DNA of 63,978 bases, filler included, from Globobulimina sp. (Eukaryota): the NCBI GenBank assembly GCA_003354225.1. It is 18 parts of 18 records of this genome, joined end to end, with 100 filler letters (N's around TTAATTAATTAA, not from the genome) between each part and the next. Parts side by side here need not be neighbours in the genome. Positions count along the whole stretch, not along the records: positions 60,523 to 63,978 come from PIVH01002747.1; 17 more parts are not named here. One strand, 5' to 3'. Within the stretch, counting starts at the first letter, position 1; every line of letters begins with the position of its first letter. This document shows, piece after piece, positions 61,561-63,978 of this stretch. The position numbers and the translations under genes are program-made. The notes under the pieces are model-generated. The model was not told the DNA's origin and ran no database searches. It was given only the letters and a program-made list of their open reading frames with translations.

Positions 61561-63978
61561 TCACCATGGCGGATCTTCGTATCGCATCCCATCATTAATA
61601 TATCCATAACACTCTAACAACTCATTCATAGATCCATTTTGTACTTCTAATGCTTGGATCAACCGCTGCTTTAACACATTGCCATCATTCACCGCCATAA
61701 TATCCGACGCCAATGCATCTAAATGCAACTCCATAGCCATGTCATTCTCTTCTTTCATATCAACATTATTTTCAACATTAACTCCGCCCAAATCATGCCA
61801 CAATGCATTGGCGACGCTCAACACAAAACCATTCTGTTCCAATTGTTGAAGAAAATGTTTTCGATTCTTTCCATCTGCAAAATAATCGTTGTCCATATTA
61901 TTTGCCTTAAATATATCCAAAATTGCGGATATCGATGGATTTATATCCAACGCATTCACTGTTTGTTTTACTTTAATGTCAAATCCTTGTCTTAGCAAAA
62001 CCGTTTTATATTCATTATAAACTGTATCTTTTTTAAATTGTAGCTGATGCTTTACATTATTTGTGACATGAATATCAATATAATCCTCTTGGAACAAACG
62101 AGGAATGCTTTCCACCAAATCTTTTTCAAATATGCGGCAACCAAATGCTTTGTTGTCCGCATTGGTAATATAGGCATAAACCATTATGCAATGATTGTAG
62201 ACAATGTACAGAAATGTTAGGGTATTTATCATATTATGATAAGAGTTGACAGAGTTTAATATCATATTTAATGATTGGTTGCATTCTATTGCGGCATTTG
62301 GGACATTTGCATTTGTGTTAGATATTGCAACCTCGTTTTCATTTAATACTATTTGGATTTGTTTATAACTGAATGGTTTCTTCAGGTTTAAAGGGGCAAT
62401 TTTATTAAAATAATCTTGCATAATTCGGCCAATTTTGTGGTTATAATCGGACAAATTGAAGGTGGCTGTCTTTGAATTATAATTTGCCGGATTTGGTTTA
62501 TAATGATTGTGTTTCTGTGGTTTAGAAGAAGCAGTAAACGCTTTTAGCTTTTTATTATATTCCATTGTGTCTGGATCAGCGTCGTCGTCATTGTCATCAT
62601 TTGGGTCAACTGCAGGAATGCTGTATATTTATATTTATATTTTATCCTTGCACAAAATGCATGATTTTATAATGGAAACATACATTTTTGGGGCAATTGG
62701 AGTCAATGGGATCCTGACATCAATTTGTAAACACGTATTTGACTCAATTTGTAAACGTTTGTATAGAATATTATATATTTGATATTGTTGCTCAATTATT
62801 TTGTTTGCGTTTCCTTTGAATTTATTACGTTTTGGGGATGAGAAATATGTTGAAAATGAGTTAAATGCAACACATTGAAATAAATATAAATAATTAAAAA
62901 ATACATCAAAAGTTTGGAAATTTGTATCACGTAAAATACTCAATTTAGAGCCATTTACAAATTCTTGCCATGTTTTGCCAGATCGATAAAATATATCTAC
63001 CATATTTTGGGTCGGTGATGATGTTAATTTACGATCAATTTCACATGATTGAATATTGAATATTTTTATGCTGGTATTTGGAGAATGACGCGATATTTCT
63101 TGTATAGTCGGACTAAATCGTGGTGGGTGGTAAATCTCTGTACGTCGCATAAAAATATGATATGTATGTTTGTACAATATTCGATAAAACAAAATTAAAC
63201 CTGAGATTGTTGATGGATGAGCATCAAAAACATTTGGAGTGTATATTGCCATTTGTATAGGATCCTATATACACAGCAGAAAATATAGATTATTGACAGT
63301 AAAGAAGTGTTCGTATTGACAGAGTAGATAAAATAGTAAAATTGCGTTACTGCACAGTTTTTAAAATGTTCGTTGGATTATTGCAATGGCAATAAATTGA
63401 TGTCTGAGTCGTCATAATGAGCAAGATTGTTATTCAAAATGTCCAACGTATCTAATATCTCACTGTTAAACATGGTTCTGATCAACTTGTAAATCCTTTT
63501 ATTTCGTGTTAACACAGATTTACAAATCGTATCCGCTTCCCAAGCATTCCAAGCACACATTTTTTTGATTTTTGATAAAAGTTTTTAAGCAAAAAGCATG
63601 TCTTCATCTGCTTTTCTAATATACGTTTACCTTTTCAATCTAGTATCCATTGCATATGCATTACCTACCAATACAAAATCATATGGTATACACATTTATT
63701 GTTTTTTTTATGTTGAAATCCTTCAATTAACAACACCATTAATTATATGATAAATTAAAAATAGTTGATCTGCCAACATCATGTATTGGTTTACCAGATG
63801 GCAGATATCTGATGAAATTAATCGATGACATAACTTACCCAATACTATGGGTGCAATGTTCCAATGAATATATAATCATAGATCCCTCATTAGACAGCGA
63901 CTGGTCCTCATACTTTACGTCGTGGATCAAATATCATTATGCAGTTTATGGAGCGGACAGAAATGATTTTGTGAATTG
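61561..63978 (-). CDS. Large multi-exon hypothetical protein, 5' partial
   Basis: Collinear minus-strand ORFs separated by AT-rich GT-AG segments, no recognised domain. Confidence 0.5.

Noticed and set aside
1-63978. Operon or gene-cluster interpretations across the window (e.g. sirtuin + ART + retroelements as one defence island)
   Set aside because: The genes lie on different contigs that are adjacent only because of length sorting.
1-63978. Alternative genetic code (UGA=Trp/Cys or UAR=Gln) as the explanation for split ORFs
   Set aside because: TAA and TGA both end conserved genes at the expected positions (RNR TAA, anoctamin and NDK TGA), and Trp is TGG. Most splits resolve as 50-75 nt GT-AG introns, so the UGA at 54441 is a gene-specific case.

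Overview
This is not one chromosome segment. It is 18 unrelated contigs of about 3.46 kb, sorted by decreasing length and joined by an artificial 100-nt spacer (44 N + TTAATTAATTAA + 44 N), so gene neighbourhood is meaningful only within a contig. Most contigs come from an AT-rich, gene-dense eukaryote with short (about 50-75 nt) GT-AG introns and flagellar genes. The expanded gene families suggest a foraminiferan/rhizarian (inference). Recognisable genes include an NME5-like NDK, a SIRT4-class sirtuin, the RNR large subunit, an OST-alpha/TMEM184 protein, synapsin, CFAP57, GST-zeta, an anoctamin, MTG1, an aldo-keto reductase, MED14, a DGAT2-family acyltransferase, a non-RD kinase and RCC1-like proteins. 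Two higher-GC contigs carry retroelements that may be of animal (nematode) origin. Best leads: (1) a PhnD-like binding protein with an in-frame UGA at a Cys-type position plus a SECIS-like hairpin in its 3' UTR, a candidate new eukaryotic selenoprotein family; (2) a histone H3 N-tail fused to vWA and U-box domains; (3) a terminally redundant (circular or tandem) DIRS/PAT-type retroelement with no tyrosine recombinase; (4) three independent paralogues of a divergent ADP-ribosyltransferase-fold family; (5) a secreted poly-arginine precursor protein. All family assignments come from motif recognition by eye; no searches were run.
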